Assembly (NCBI GenBank): GCA_937625935.1
Contig: OW569375.1
Coordinates: forward strand, 401,874-465,873
From: Tetramitus jugosus
Lineage: Eukaryota > Protista > Heterolobosea
Reading direction: 5' to 3'
Length of the DNA stretch: 64,000 bases
Shown: piece after piece, positions 10,567-23,370 of the stretch
How positions within the stretch are numbered: the first letter of the stretch is position 1
How the letters are laid out: each line of letters opens with the position of its first letter
Position numbers and translations under genes: made by a program
Notes under the pieces: generated by a model
Database searches by the model: none
What the model saw: the letters and a program-made list of their open reading frames with translations, nothing else
Told to the model about the DNA's origin: nothing

Positions 10567-13500
10567 TTATCGATCTATTTTATCAGCAGTTTCAAAGATT
10601 GAGTCGACAAATGACAACGCCAATCCGTAATCTGTCCTGATCCGGATCTGGGTGCTCACTGATTCGTCTTGCTCTGTGATGGGTTGGCACCAAAGGAGTA
10701 AATGATACTTTGGTGGCAGGAATACAATGGCACATTCGGGTTTGGATGGAACAATAAATGGAGCTAATGTAGGACAGTTGTCTTTGAAATTCCAATCTTT
10801 GTGCATGACTCGAACAGACTCTGTCCATTCGGTTGACTTCACATTCTTATGTTTCGGTGATCGAAGAGAGTTCGTGCTCGAATTGGTTGGAATCTTTCTT
10901 CTTCGTTGTCTCGTCTCTAACAAAATATCTGTGGCTTTCATTGTCCATATGGCATCGAACAAAATCTCCTCCAAACATTGATGTGAGTACTTCTGGCGAA
11001 GTAGATCAGTGAGTGGCAGCGGCAGGAACAAATCCTTAAAATTGATATTTAAGTTGTTCAGTTGTGTGACGCATAGAACCCCTGTGTCAATGTGATTGGT
11101 TCCAAAATGATCTACGGACTCATCTCGATTGTTCTGAGCGCTATTAGACGCAGTGAACTGAGCATTGACTTGGAATACTCCAGGTAAAGGCCTAGTGGGA
11201 TAGAAATGAAGTGTAAAAACATGCTCTGATAGTGAGGTTGCATTCTGGGCAATCGGAGGACTCAAGAAGGGAACCCTAACTGGCTTGATATTGGTCAAAT
11301 GATGTGTTTGAGCACCTGAAAAGCTCATTGTTAAGCCATAAACCTTGGCAGATGGCATCATTGGATCGCCTAGCTCCTCTCTGCTCTGAACTCTTTGCTT
11401 ATTTACTTCCTCCCTTGTGGCATATCGCAACTTGAATTGCAACTCAATTTTGACAGCTGATATTGCAGACTCTGATGGTATGTTTGGTTCTGGTAGAAGA
11501 CTTTCGTTGATATTATTTCCATGAGTCAATTTGAGAAGTTTGTTCATTTTAACCAAATGAACGTAGTGAGATCTGACAATATCTGCTATGGTTTCGTCAC
11601 TGCACTCTTGTTTTCGGTTAATCGCTTCCTTTTGTTGAGTATCTGACACATCGTTTGTTTCGATACGTTCTAGATACAAGAATGGTAGAATGCGTTGTAT
11701 TTGATTAGATGGCTTGTTAATGGCCGATTTTGTGCGCAACATTCTCATAGTATCTCTATACTGAGCAGCTCGTTCATTCTCATCCAATGATAGAATATCT
11801 TGCAAGATAAATGCGAGCTTCTCCCCTTGTAGTGTAGTAAATAATCGATAATAGATATTGGCCCTATCCTTAATATCAACATTTTCATAATTTTTGCTCA
11901 ACACGTGCAGTAAATTAATAAGGGGATCATAGGCTGCGTGCGTTGATTTATCACTATCTCTAATACTAATGTTCACCATTGCTAATCGACAAGTCTTTAA
12001 AATTTCATCGCCAACTTCCCAATCTCCCGCCTGGCAAATGTGCTCCTGTCTCATATATTGGTATAAATAAGTTAATAAATTAAATGGGTCTATGAATGGA
12101 TCCTCTGCAATGCGTTGTATGAGAGGAAAATAATAATGGATACTTTGAGAACGACTAGATAGCAGGCACAAGCGAGATTCCAATGAAGATAAGAATGATT
12201 TCGTGATTGTGAGATACTGTTCTGGATCTGCAACTGATTTTGCAAATTCTTCGTACTTGTCAATAAAGTGTATCACGTTTTCTAGAATAAATGACTGTAT
12301 CTTCCGATTTACACTTTGTGCTTCGACCTCTCGGTCAATCATTTGAACCATATAATAATAGATGCGATTGTAATAAGAGGGTTGCTTCTGTAGCAACCGG
12401 AATAGAAAATCGAAAATGATATCGACTCGTCTGTTCTGTCCCCTCAGCTCCTTAAAGAAAAAGTAATCGTTCAAACAAACGAGAACATCCAACAGATTAT
12501 CGCCTTTTTGGACAGTCCCACTACCTCTTGAAGCTGTTACATTATTGCTATATGACGCCGTTATACACTTGAGTTTCGCCTCCTTCAAAATAAGATCATC
12601 GAGAGACATTGGGAAAAATTGTCGATAGTATTGTTGCAGGAAGGAGGAATTTTGCGCATGTACCGTCCTTAATAGAGATATCATCCAATGCACTGCTAAT
12701 GTTCTAAAATGAGAAGGCATCGAATAGTCTCTCATCATCCATGTCAACTTCATCAGCAACACTGACTCGTCATTCACATTCACCTCCATGTTTGTGCTGC
12801 TAAAATGCTTCAAAACTCGGTAAAAGTAGTGGAACTGAAGCGGATTCATTCCATAAATTTCACCCTTGAAGCAGTTACGAATCACATGAATGGGAAACTC
12901 TGTGAATGGAACAATGCGAAACAAGTGCTCCAATATGGTCGTTTCTCCCCAAACAGAAAACAAGGCACAATTCTCAACAACAAACGATAAGCACTGATGC
13001 ACTTCCTTCTTCAAATCTGGAAGCAAGTAAGGTACAGTAATATTGTTTGACAGTGGAGACATCATATTGCTTGATCCATAACTCTGCATTACACTCGGAA
13101 TAACAAATTTGATGGCAATACCATGACCGTCATTCCCTACTCCAGTACTATAGTGCTGGTGATTGACATAAAAGTCATTATTGACAGCAAATCGATTTCC
13201 TCCACTGCTCACCGCAGTCGTCATTGTTGCCGTAGGTTGCTGTTGATGATAAAGCATCAATATTTTCTGTATCCAATTGTCCAAAACAATCATCAACAGT
13301 GTCGTATACGATTGAAGAATGTGAGAGCTTTCATTCTGACACAGTCGCAACAAATGAAACACATAGGACGACAGGAGACCAGGGTATTGACACTCTAGTT
13401 CATAGAGACACTCACAACACATTTGACGAATCATTCGATTTTGAGAGCTCTGAGAAGACACACATGTCAACAGATAGGACACAAATGATTGAAATGTAGA

Positions 13501-14026
13501 TTGATCCTTCTGGATCACATCCAATTCAATCATCATTGAACCAATGCATGTAATAATCTAATAAACAGCACACAAACACGATATCAAACAACCAACAACA
13601 TCCATCATACCACATGGATCAACTTTTAATCATATGAAAACAACAACAACAACAAAATTTACATTAAATAGAGAAAAATATCGTACGTACATGTGAATCA
13701 ACAAAAGCATTATTCTGATGATTACGATTCTGTTGTAAAATGGCCATTAATCGCTCAAATGTCTCACAAAACAATGAAATATTGTTCTTGAAGAGAGGAG
13801 AACACTGATCCTGCAGATAATGTAAATGATAGAGTTGAAAAGAATGATTATAAATGTCATTGGCACTTAAAACCACAAAATCTTGTTGTAGGTTCTGCTG
13901 CTGTTGTTGTTGTGAGCTTGAATGTTGTAAGATGTGAACAATTTGATTGATAATTTCAATCACAGCTGATGTGTTGTTGTTGTTATGGTGAAGGAGCAAC
14001 CCTTCATCGAACAACAAGGGAAACAT
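10567..14026 (-). CDS. AP5B1: AP-5 complex subunit beta-1 (at least 2 exons)
   Basis: RQMCCECLYELECQYPGLL, DIKDRANIYYRL, FLPPKYHLLL and IRTDY are AP5B1 motifs; upstream exon 14026-~13690 and an intron around 13550-13690 (boundaries approximate). Confidence 0.85.
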
Positions 14027-14201
14027 GTGAAAGCTTTTTATGTTTGTTCTCTCTGCAAATACGCGGGTATTTTCTCCGGTTGCATCGGTGTATTTCCGGC
14101 AGCTAAAAATTCTGATTGGTTGGAGGTGAATTTGAGTTGTTTTGAGAGAAGATGTGCCAGCTGGGAATTGAAAACCAACAACACAAAAAGATCATAACAC
14201 C

Positions 14202-15116
14202 ATGGAGTCTTCTTTCTTGAAAGGAAGAGATTTGGATCAGAATCTCATCCCTGTTATTTCACTTGAAAACTATGAGCAAAACTATGAGAGAATAGCTCAG
14301 GAGATCAAGAGAGCATGTGAGACCATTGGTTTCTTCTATTTGAGTAACCATGGGTTAGAGGAACAAGCACGTGAAGTGTTTCGATACTCGCAGCAAATGT
14401 TCACCGGTCTGACACAGAGCCAGAAGGATCAATTCAAGATTACGAGTCACAGTGGAAATCGTGGCTATTGTTTGAATGCTGCCGAGGAGTTGCAAAAGGG
14501 TGTTGTCGATAACAAGGAAGCTTTCAATGTTGGCAAGCCAGAAACGGATGATAATCAATCGTGTTGGCCAAGCGATTTAGATTTGCCAGAGCAGATTGCA
14601 GATTTTAGGCCAAAGATGCAATCCTTTTATGACTCGTGTCATGAATTTGTAACGAACAGATTGTTGAATTGTTTGGCAATTGGTCTGGGTTGGGAGGAGA
14701 ACTTTTTTCAATTGAATCATACCGAGAAGCCTCATACGTTCCGATTGTTGCACTATCCACCTGCGAGAGAAGCGTCTGGAGAATTGAGTATTGCTGCAGG
14801 AGAGCACTCGGACTATGGTACGATCACTCTATTGTTCCAGGATCAAACTGGTGGCTTGCAGGTCCGTGATTTGAATAACGATTGGGTCAATGTGACACCA
14901 ATTGAAGGAACCATCGTGGTCAATATTGCAGACCTGTTGCAGAAATGGACCGATGGTAAATATGTGAGCACAAAGCACAGAGTCATTCAAAAGAAGAGTA
15001 GCTCTGATCGATACTCTATGGCCTACTTTGTCCACCCAAATCCAAAAACGCCAGTCAAGGAGACTACAGCCATCGAGTACTTACTGATGCGTCTCAACGA
15101 CACGCACAAGTATTGA
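14202..15116 (+). CDS. 2-oxoglutarate/Fe(II)-dependent dioxygenase (IPNS/DIOX_N family)
   Basis: IPVISL, ACETIGFFYLSNHG, RLLHYPP, iron ligands HSD...STKHRV, and RYS 2OG-binding motif. Confidence 0.93.
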   Translation: MESSFLKGRDLDQNLIPVISLENYEQNYERIAQEIKRACETIGFFYLSNHGLEEQAREVFRYSQQMFTGLTQSQKDQFKITSHSGNRGYCLNAAEELQKGVVDNKEAFNVGKPETDDNQSCWPSDLDLPEQIADFRPKMQSFYDSCHEFVTNRLLNCLAIGLGWEENFFQLNHTEKPHTFRLLHYPPAREASGELSIAAGEHSDYGTITLLFQDQTGGLQVRDLNNDWVNVTPIEGTIVVNIADLLQKWTDGKYVSTKHRVIQKKSSSDRYSMAYFVHPNPKTPVKETTAIEYLLMRLNDTHKY

Positions 15117-15359
15117 TATTGGACATCAATCGTATTTGCTTCCATTATAAATTATTTTGGATGATACTTTGCAGTGTGGAAAGTTACACAATTTTGGTTG
15201 TATTCATTTATTCCGATGTTCTTTTTTTATGGTCCGGGTATGGGCTTGGTCAACTGAGTGGTCGCGACTTTCATCTTTCGGACAACATGAGCCGCTCTTC
15301 CAACAGAGAAACCAAACCTCTACTTCCATACTACCTTCATACTCCCGATCTCAAATACA

Positions 15360-16238
15360 ATGGTTGAGACAAAAACCAAACGAAAGAAAAAGAACTCCTT
15401 TGTCAAAGATGACGTGAATCAGGAAGCAACAATTAAAACAGATACTGTTACAATCGAACACATGGACCCTGTATTGGACAAGGTAGAAACATCATTTGAG
15501 AAACAAGTCGTTCACAAGGACAATGTCCACGAACATCACATCCAACCAACAATCGAAGTCCGGGAGAAGCCCATCGAACGACAAATTTATCACCCAGAGG
15601 AGTGTATCACTGTCAAGGAAGAAGCAATTTACTCCACTCAAGGAGAGAAAGGGATTGATGATGCATTGAAGAACCTTGGATTGGGCGAGAGTATATCTAA
15701 CCAGATTAAATCTCAAATCATGTCCTCTGTGGAGCGAACAAGGGTCGATGAGGCCAATGAAGATACAATCCAAGTCAGTGTGTCCGAGAGGCCCTCCTCC
15801 TCATCCACGACTGTCCGATCATCGATGCCTATCGAAACGAATTCTGAAGTGAGAATCGAAAGGGAAATCATTGTTCGAAGAGTGACAAGAGAAGTTCACG
15901 TTCAACCAGTCATCTATATCCACGAACCGAGAATTGTCGAAGAAAAGGTGTTTAGAGAAGTCGAAACAGTGCCCACGAGGTCCATTGTCGAAGATTCATC
16001 AATCACCATTGGTCACAGTCCAAGAATTGTCGAACAACCAAGATCTATCTCTTTTGTTGATCGTCTCAGAGATGCATTCTTTGCCAAGCGAGACTCTCAC
16101 CAGAGGATTATTCCTCATCGAGCTCCGATTCGCTCTCAGATTGGAGATATCCATATCCTGGGTCCTCCACCTCCACGAGTTGAACCCAAAGAACGAATCA
16201 CTACTCGAACTACCACCTATGGAACAACATCATATTAG
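15360..16238 (+). CDS. Hypothetical V/E/I/R-rich protein
   Basis: 292-aa ORF with two internal repeats of EHHIQPTIEVRE / EVHVQPVIYIHE; function unknown. Confidence 0.65.
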   Translation: MVETKTKRKKKNSFVKDDVNQEATIKTDTVTIEHMDPVLDKVETSFEKQVVHKDNVHEHHIQPTIEVREKPIERQIYHPEECITVKEEAIYSTQGEKGIDDALKNLGLGESISNQIKSQIMSSVERTRVDEANEDTIQVSVSERPSSSSTTVRSSMPIETNSEVRIEREIIVRRVTREVHVQPVIYIHEPRIVEEKVFREVETVPTRSIVEDSSITIGHSPRIVEQPRSISFVDRLRDAFFAKRDSHQRIIPHRAPIRSQIGDIHILGPPPPRVEPKERITTRTTTYGTTSY

Positions 16239-16838
16239 CCACTGACACCTCATGCATTCTGTATTTGAAGGGTATAAACAATTCTCGTATTTAGAACTTT
16301 TTCCCGCATTTTTTGCGGCGTTTTCCTGCGGACCAGAACTTTCTTCCGCGTTTCTTCACTTTGTTGAAGCCAAGCAATTCCAGCCCTCTTTGATTTGAAT
16401 TCTCCAACGGAGTCAAAAACAACTCAGAGCTGCGCACCCAACATTTCTCTGTTGTGAGCAATCATTCTTTCGTGATCCTTGTTGAAATTTCCTTCCAGCT
16501 CAGCAACTTCATATTTAATCAACAACCAACACGACTACCCAACACACAGCAATAACGAATAGCTATTTTGTTGTTTTTTGAAGTTCAAAATAGCTCAATT
16601 CATCCATCCATCTCAACGTTCTCTCAAAGTTGATTCATCTTATCACGATTGTTGGGTCCCACTCATCCACACCCCCCAACTCAAACAACCACCCCTGTTT
16701 TGTTAAAATCAAATACCGCTTCAATTCAAATTGATTTGCGTGAGAGAATCTCTATTTTCACAACCAACAACCAACAAAACAACCAACCAATAGACAACAT
16801 AAATTATAGTAGAATACAAAAATTGTATCCTGCACGAA

Positions 16839-19800
16839 ATGACCATCCGAGAACTGAATCGCGAACAGCGACCAAAATACAAAAATCATCATGTCGATGA
16901 TGACAATGATGATGAAGAAGCAACGACATCACCATTGGATGACATGATGATACGGCCCATTGATGACAACAACAACAACAACAACAATAGCAACATACCA
17001 TCTCCACCTTCTTCTCCACTGCAAGTGACTTTTGATGACAACAACAACAACAATCATAGTAGTAGTACGAGTAGTGACTCATTTGATGAAAATTCCAATA
17101 GTAATAACAATAACAATAGTAGTAGTAGCAGCAGTAGTAGTAGTAGTGGTAGTAGTATGCCTCGGATACCGAGTATTGGAAGTTCATTAATGATGATGAG
17201 TCCACTCACCGGAAATCCATTTAGTTTTCCTCATTTACGGTCCAGTAATTCTCTCTACGAGTTGGAAACATTGTCCAAATCTGCATCTTCGATATCATTG
17301 TCAAGTTACCTCAAAGACTTTCCCATTTCTTCCAGCAGTAGTAGCAGTAGTTTGAATCATAATAATAATAATAACAGTAATAGTAATAATAACAATAATA
17401 ATAATAGTAATAACAGTCAAAATAATGATCAAGTGGATTTGATGAAATCAGCGTCGACTTATTCATTGAGTGATTATGTGAGTTCGGCCAATTTGTTGAA
17501 ATCACCATCGACTAGTTCTCTCAGTGCACTTCAAAAATCATCATCTAGTTCATCATTATCCGAATTGCATGCTTCTTCACTGTTAAAGAGCAGCTCTTGT
17601 GCTTCCTTTAGCAAGTATCAAGTGTGTGATGATGTTGATGATGATGATGGCGTAGATGTGAATGTAGATGTGGATGGTATCGGTTGTGATCATAACGAGA
17701 ATGATGATGATCAACATCACAAGAGTAGCAATATTGATTCATCTGGAGATGGAAGTGGTGTAAATAACATGAATAATAACAATCAGAAAAAGAAGAAAAA
17801 GAAGAGTAAGAAGAAGAAGAAGAAGAATTTGAATGATGATGATGATGAGAGGAGTGAGAATTTGAGTGATGAAACGATGAACAGGAATGAACGTGAACAA
17901 TTGTCTTCCTCTTCACGAATGACTCGTCCATTGTCCAGTGGTGTAAATTTACTGCCTTCTTCAGCATCGATCATTAGTCCATTGGATTCTGCTGTGAATA
18001 GTGTTGATCATGGTGCTGTTGTTGTGAATAATCGAAACAATAACAGCCTACTTCCATCGCTGTATGATCGATTATTGGGCAGTTCTGGATCTGCACAGAA
18101 CAGGAACGCCCCGGCAATCAATGTTACGCAACCAATTCCTCCACTGTCACAACAGAATCATCATCATCAGCATCCTCATCCTCATAATCACAATCATCAT
18201 TCATCATCTAACCACTCTCATATGACTTCTGCTTCTTCCTCCTCACCACCACCTCCACCATACTCTCATGTTCCTCAGTCTCATTCTCATTCTCACTCAC
18301 ATTCTTATCCTGCACCATCGGCTACTCCTGCTCACCATCCACATCATCCACAGCATCACCACCATCCTCATTGTCCTCATCATCCATATTCTCATCACCA
18401 TCAGCCATCCTATCAGCACTCTTATCCTGTTGCTCCACCATCCTCCTCATCTGAACTGCCTCCCAATAACCCTCATCTGTACAAGCAATATTCAGCAGCA
18501 TTTGGTAGCGCTCCTCAGAACACCACTGCGCCACTTTCATATCCACCATTTGGTTTCAACCCTGTTCAACCATCTGGATCATCGATACGTATGCTCGAAA
18601 ATCATCCCTATTTGAACGTAGTAGCTCCCACGGATCCTTATGTGCCTCAGAGTCATTTGCCTCATCAACATCATCAACATCCATCGATCAATATTCAACA
18701 GCAGCAAGAGAGTGCGCACATTCATCCATCTTCGGTCAAAGTGCACAATTATTCTATGCATACTCATCAAGAAGCGCCACCACAGCGATCCTCGTCGCCT
18801 CCAATCTCTACGTTTGAACAATTTAACAAAAGACAGAGCGAAGAACAGCCAATGTATGTACCAAAGCAGATGTAACTGTATTTTTTTCTCCTTACGCGTT
18901 CAATAGCACTCACTAACTTCTCATTTTAGTTTGAATCCAACTCTGGACCCGAACATTCAAGTACCACAGGGAGAATATGTAAAGATCAATGGAGAAATGT
19001 ACAATGATCGCGGTTACAAAATTTGTGGTCACTTAAATCAACATAGTAAGCCCTGTCAGAGAATAGGAAAGTGTCCCTTCCATTGGAAGCTAACCAAGGA
19101 TAAGGAAGAGGGTGAAAGTACAGCAGGAACAGGGAACGATAACGGATCTCCGGCATCAAATACGGAGGAGTCCGATTCAACTCCCGTAAAGAACGAAGTG
19201 GCAATTTCTGAGCAATTCAACCAAACTGCCACAGCAGTTATGCCTGCACCGCCACAGAGGACACCCATGAAACGCGGCCCATACAAGCAGGGATGGTCAA
19301 AAGAAGAACATTTATTGTTCCTCAAGGGTCTAAAACAACACGGCAAGGGAGCATGGAAGGAAATATCAACCATTGTCGGAACTCGTACACCCACTCAAAT
19401 TCAGAGTCACGCCCAAAAGTACTTTTTACGCCAGAAGCAAAAGGTGAAGAATAAGAGAAGTATCCACGACATTACAATGGATGATTTGAGTGGAAATAAT
19501 AATGGTAGAGGTGGTAGAGATGATCCAGATGAAGAGGAGAGTGATAGCGATTCCTCTGAGGAAGAGATCACTCAAAGTGCAAACAAGAGAGCAAAAACAA
19601 TGCATGATGCTCCCAGTAACACAATGGATGCTCCCCCAGCAGCTATTGTGACAACACAAGCACGGTCATCACCTCCTTTGCCAATGAATCAGCTCACTCC
19701 TCAAGCGCTTCACAATGCCCATGCAGATTTCCAAAAGATGGTTACCATGTTTCCAAACATCCATCCAAATGTGCTGGCTCAGCTTATTGCTATGAACTCT

Positions 19801-19905
19801 TTGCAAGCCACTACTGCGAACCAACAGCCTGAAGGCACCAACAATTCTTCGCCACCAACAATTGATTACTCTCTTCTCGCGGACCAGAGACAAAAAACAA
19901 CGTGA
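16839..19905 (+). CDS. SHAQKYF-class Myb transcription factor with long low-complexity N-terminus, 2 exons
   Basis: Intron 18854-18929 (GTATGT...TTTTAG) joins the two ORFs in frame; WSKEEHLLFLKGLKQHGKGAWKEIS...TRTPTQIQSHAQKYF; poly-N/S/H tracts. Confidence 0.9.
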
Positions 19906-19985
19906 CACAATTAGTTTTGATAAAGGACCAACTATCAGCAAAAACTAAGCATGATTATAGGAGCAGAATTGAGATCCGCCAGCAA

Positions 19986-20305
19986 TCAGCCATATAGAGG
20001 GTGAATGCCAGTCAAGTGTGGAAATGCACCGTCTGTAATTTGAGTACAACCACTCATATCGAGTGTATGAATACCCTCTGTGATATTCATGCAGCCACTC
20101 ATATCGAGCCCATCTCCCAAAGTTCGTATGAGTGTTCTCTTATTGGACATAAATAATTGATTGAATTTGAACAGATTAATGCCTTTGCAAGTGTAACTCA
20201 ATTGTAACCATTCTCGAGTGTCACAAAACTCAATAATGTTCAACCATGTATCCCTGCAAAGCGCAGAACAAATTTCAATTGTGGACCGTTCCTTTCATTG
20301 CGCAT
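19986..20305 (-). pseudogene. Internally deleted F-box/LRR paralog
   Basis: Near-identical F-box N-terminus to 22231-23322 (NIIEFCDTREWLQLSYTCKGIN) but only ~2 LRRs remain before a stop. Confidence 0.75.
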
Positions 20306-21230
20306 GGTTTCATCAGTCACACGTCCTCAAACAAGATGTGATCGTTCAAGTGATCCAGAAGTGAAAGAAGTCTCGAAGCAATTCTTGATAAATTACACTG
20401 CTCGAACTATGGAGGGAGCTCAATTTGTTCGCTGAGAGACCACATGAAAGATTACCAGGTTTATAGTGATCAATCCAGGAATGGGAAGAGAGCTGGTTAA
20501 GGAACGTGATTTATTGGTGGAAATCATCAGAATTTTCTATGGGACTGAACGAAACAGCTTGAAGGAGGCTGGAAGATGTGGTCATCGACAATTCACAGAT
20601 ATGCGCTTCAACATGAATCTGGTTCATATCCTCCACGGCCGTTTAAGAAAAGAAGGGTTCTTTTCTGAATTCTCCTCCATGTAACTCGGAATATTATTGT
20701 TGTAAGGCATTCTTTTACGGTTACCGAAGCTTTTAAAAGTTAACGCAAATTGTTTGAGGAGAACCAACAACCATCAAAACAAATCGATATTGCAAACCCC
20801 GGCCCCCTCATATGTCCCTCTAGTTATGAGTTCAAAAGTGGAGAGAGTTCAATTGGCTGAAACAAAGAAGGCTGACAAAGGTGAACACACGAAACAACCA
20901 AAACAACAAAAGCCAAAAGACTGTAAGAGAAAGAGATCTGCGGATGAGCAGCGAATTGAAGCAGAATTTAAGAAACTCATGGAAATAATGAATGAAGGCT
21001 ACGACCCGGTGCCATTTTAATACACTAAATGCCAAGCCTATCCTAGAACTTGACACACTAGTAATAAAAATCCGCAAATGTAGTGATTTATCAGAAGGGG
21101 AAATGTGAAACTGACAAAATGACAGTACGGGACCAACAATTGATTACTCTCTTCTCGCAGACCAGAGACAAAAAACAACATGATACAATTAGTTTTGATA
21201 AAGGACCAACTATATGTTTATCAGCAAAAA

Positions 21231-22118
21231 CTAAGTATGATTATAGTTCTTCATCCCAAGAAGAGTGATCGAATTGGACTCACAATAGCCAACCACTTTT
21301 TCAATGAAAGTCTTGTCTCTTCCACTCTCAGACCAACCGAGAGTGTGAATTCCCTTCAAATACAAAAGTCCCCTCTCGGTAATTGATTCTTGATCGCATC
21401 CATTCATTTCAAGTCTGTGAATGCCTGTCAAGTAACGAAATGCATCATCAGTGATATTCTTACACCAACTCATATAGAGTGTGTGAATGCCAGTCAAATG
21501 AGGGAAGGCTTCGTCCGTGATTTGTTGACAACCACTCATATAGAGAGTGTGAACTCCGGCCAGATGAGAAAATGCCTTGTCTGTGATATTCTCACAACCA
21601 ATGAGGCAGAGTGTATGAATGCCAGTCAAATGAGGAGCGGAATTATCGGTGATCCGCCAGCAGTCAGCCATGTAGAGAGTGTGAATGCCAGTCAAGTAAG
21701 GAAAAGCACTGTCTGTAACTTGGGCACAACCACTCATATCGAGAGTATGGATGCCCTTAATGTGACAAAATGCACGATCTGTGATATTCTTGCAGCCACT
21801 CATATCGAGTGTGTGAATACCTTCCAAAAATTGGAAATGCTCATCCGTAACAGATGGATTCTCAGTCAAGTAAACATTAAACAATGTTCCTCTTCCCACT
21901 TGAAACCAGTGGTCAATTTCCTTCTTACTCAATGTGTGCTTTAGAGATCTCCTCTTGTTGAACATGAGCGATCGATTGAATTTGAATTCATTGATGCCCC
22001 TGCAAGTATAACTCAATTTCAACCATGAATGAGTGCTACAAAACTCGATTATTCTCGACCAGGCGTCCTTGCAGAGCGCAGAACCAATCTCTGTCATTTG
22101 TGTGAAACTCTTTTCCAA
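21231..22118 (-). CDS. F-box + 22-aa cysteine-containing LRR protein
   Basis: F-box-like LCKDAWSRIIEFC...LSYTCR followed by ~7 repeats of GIHTLxMSGCxxITDxAFxHL; true start probably the ATG near 22097. Confidence 0.85.
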   Translation of the reverse strand: MEKSFTQMTEIGSALCKDAWSRIIEFCSTHSWLKLSYTCRGINEFKFNRSLMFNKRRSLKHTLSKKEIDHWFQVGRGTLFNVYLTENPSVTDEHFQFLEGIHTLDMSGCKNITDRAFCHIKGIHTLDMSGCAQVTDSAFPYLTGIHTLYMADCWRITDNSAPHLTGIHTLCLIGCENITDKAFSHLAGVHTLYMSGCQQITDEAFPHLTGIHTLYMSWCKNITDDAFRYLTGIHRLEMNGCDQESITERGLLYLKGIHTLGWSESGRDKTFIEKVVGYCESNSITLLGMKNYNHT

Positions 22119-22230
22119 GTTTCTTGCTTTTGGAACTTCTCATTGTTTGAATAATTTCCCGCGGTGTTACAATAAAAGAGGCACTTTTACTTTCCCTTCT
22201 TAGTGACCGCTCGAGGTTGTGAAAACCGAG

Positions 22231-23322
22231 CTAAGTTGATCGGAGTTTCATCCCAGCAAGTACAATTGAATTAAACTCGCAATGGGCAACCACCTTTGCT
22301 ATGAAACGTTTGTCTCGGTTGTTAAAGAACCAAGTAAGTCTGTGGAGACTCCTCAAATACGATAATACTTTCACTGTGATCGATTGTTGATCACATCCAT
22401 CAAGATCAAGCGCGTGAAGATCAGTCAAACGAGCAAATGCTTTATCTGAAATATTCTTGCAGCCAGTCATATTGAGTGTGTGAATGCCACTTATATGAAC
22501 AAAAGCCTTGTCAGTGATTTGGTGACAACCTGTCATATTGAGTGTGTGAATACCACCCAAATGAGAGAATGCACTGTCTGTTATTTGACTGCAATAACTT
22601 ATATCAAGTGTGTGAATACCGGTCAAGTAATGAAATGCTTGATCTGTAACTTGCTTACAACTACCAATATCAAGTTCGTGGATTCCGACCAAATGACGGA
22701 ATGAATGATCTGTTATTTGACTGCAATTACTCATATTCAATGTATGAATGCCGGTCAAGAATTGAAGGGCTTGATCCGTGATCTGACTACAACCATCCAT
22801 ATCAAGTGTGTGAATACCTGTCAGATAGGGAAATGCCTTGTCCGTAATCCGAAAGCACTTTCGCATATAGAGTGAATGAATGCCCACCAAATTTGTAAAC
22901 GCGTTGTCAGTGATATCCTCGCAAAAAGACATAGAGAGTGTATGAATGCCCTTCAAGTTCTTAAATGCTTGATCTGTGACTCGTGCACAATGATTCATAC
23001 TCAGTTTATGAATGCCCTCCAAAAACTGAAAATGCCCATCCAACACTTTTGTGTTTCCGTTCAAGTGAACATTGAACAGTGTTCCTCTTGCCAATTGAAA
23101 CCCTTGCTCAATCTCGATTTCTCCCAAAGTTCGAATGAGTGTTCTTCTCTTATTACGCATGAACAATCGATTGAATTTACACTGATTAATTCCTTTGCAA
23201 GTGTAACTCAGTTGTAACCATTCTCGAGTGTCACAAAACTCAATAATGTTCGACCATGTGTCCTTGCAAAGTGCAGAACAAATGTCCACCGTGGATTCAT
23301 GCACATGACCATGTCGTTGCAT
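22231..23322 (-). CDS. F-box + 22-aa cysteine-containing LRR protein
   Basis: Same architecture as the adjacent paralog, with ~10 GIHTLxMxxCxxITDxAF repeats. Confidence 0.88.
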   Translation of the reverse strand: MQRHGHVHESTVDICSALCKDTWSNIIEFCDTREWLQLSYTCKGINQCKFNRLFMRNKRRTLIRTLGEIEIEQGFQLARGTLFNVHLNGNTKVLDGHFQFLEGIHKLSMNHCARVTDQAFKNLKGIHTLSMSFCEDITDNAFTNLVGIHSLYMRKCFRITDKAFPYLTGIHTLDMDGCSQITDQALQFLTGIHTLNMSNCSQITDHSFRHLVGIHELDIGSCKQVTDQAFHYLTGIHTLDISYCSQITDSAFSHLGGIHTLNMTGCHQITDKAFVHISGIHTLNMTGCKNISDKAFARLTDLHALDLDGCDQQSITVKVLSYLRSLHRLTWFFNNRDKRFIAKVVAHCEFNSIVLAGMKLRST

Positions 23323-23370
23323 TGTTCTCTTTATTTTGTTGTTCTACTTTCAAAGAACACAGATCGGACT

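Noticed and set aside
16804-18000. Poly-Tyr/Cys/His ORFs on the minus strand
   Set aside because: Reverse-frame readings of AAT/AGT/GAT trinucleotide tracts that encode poly-N/S/D in the Myb protein.
20410-21020. Small ORFs between the LRR copies
   Set aside because: Short, with no recognisable domain, and inside a rearranged duplication scar.
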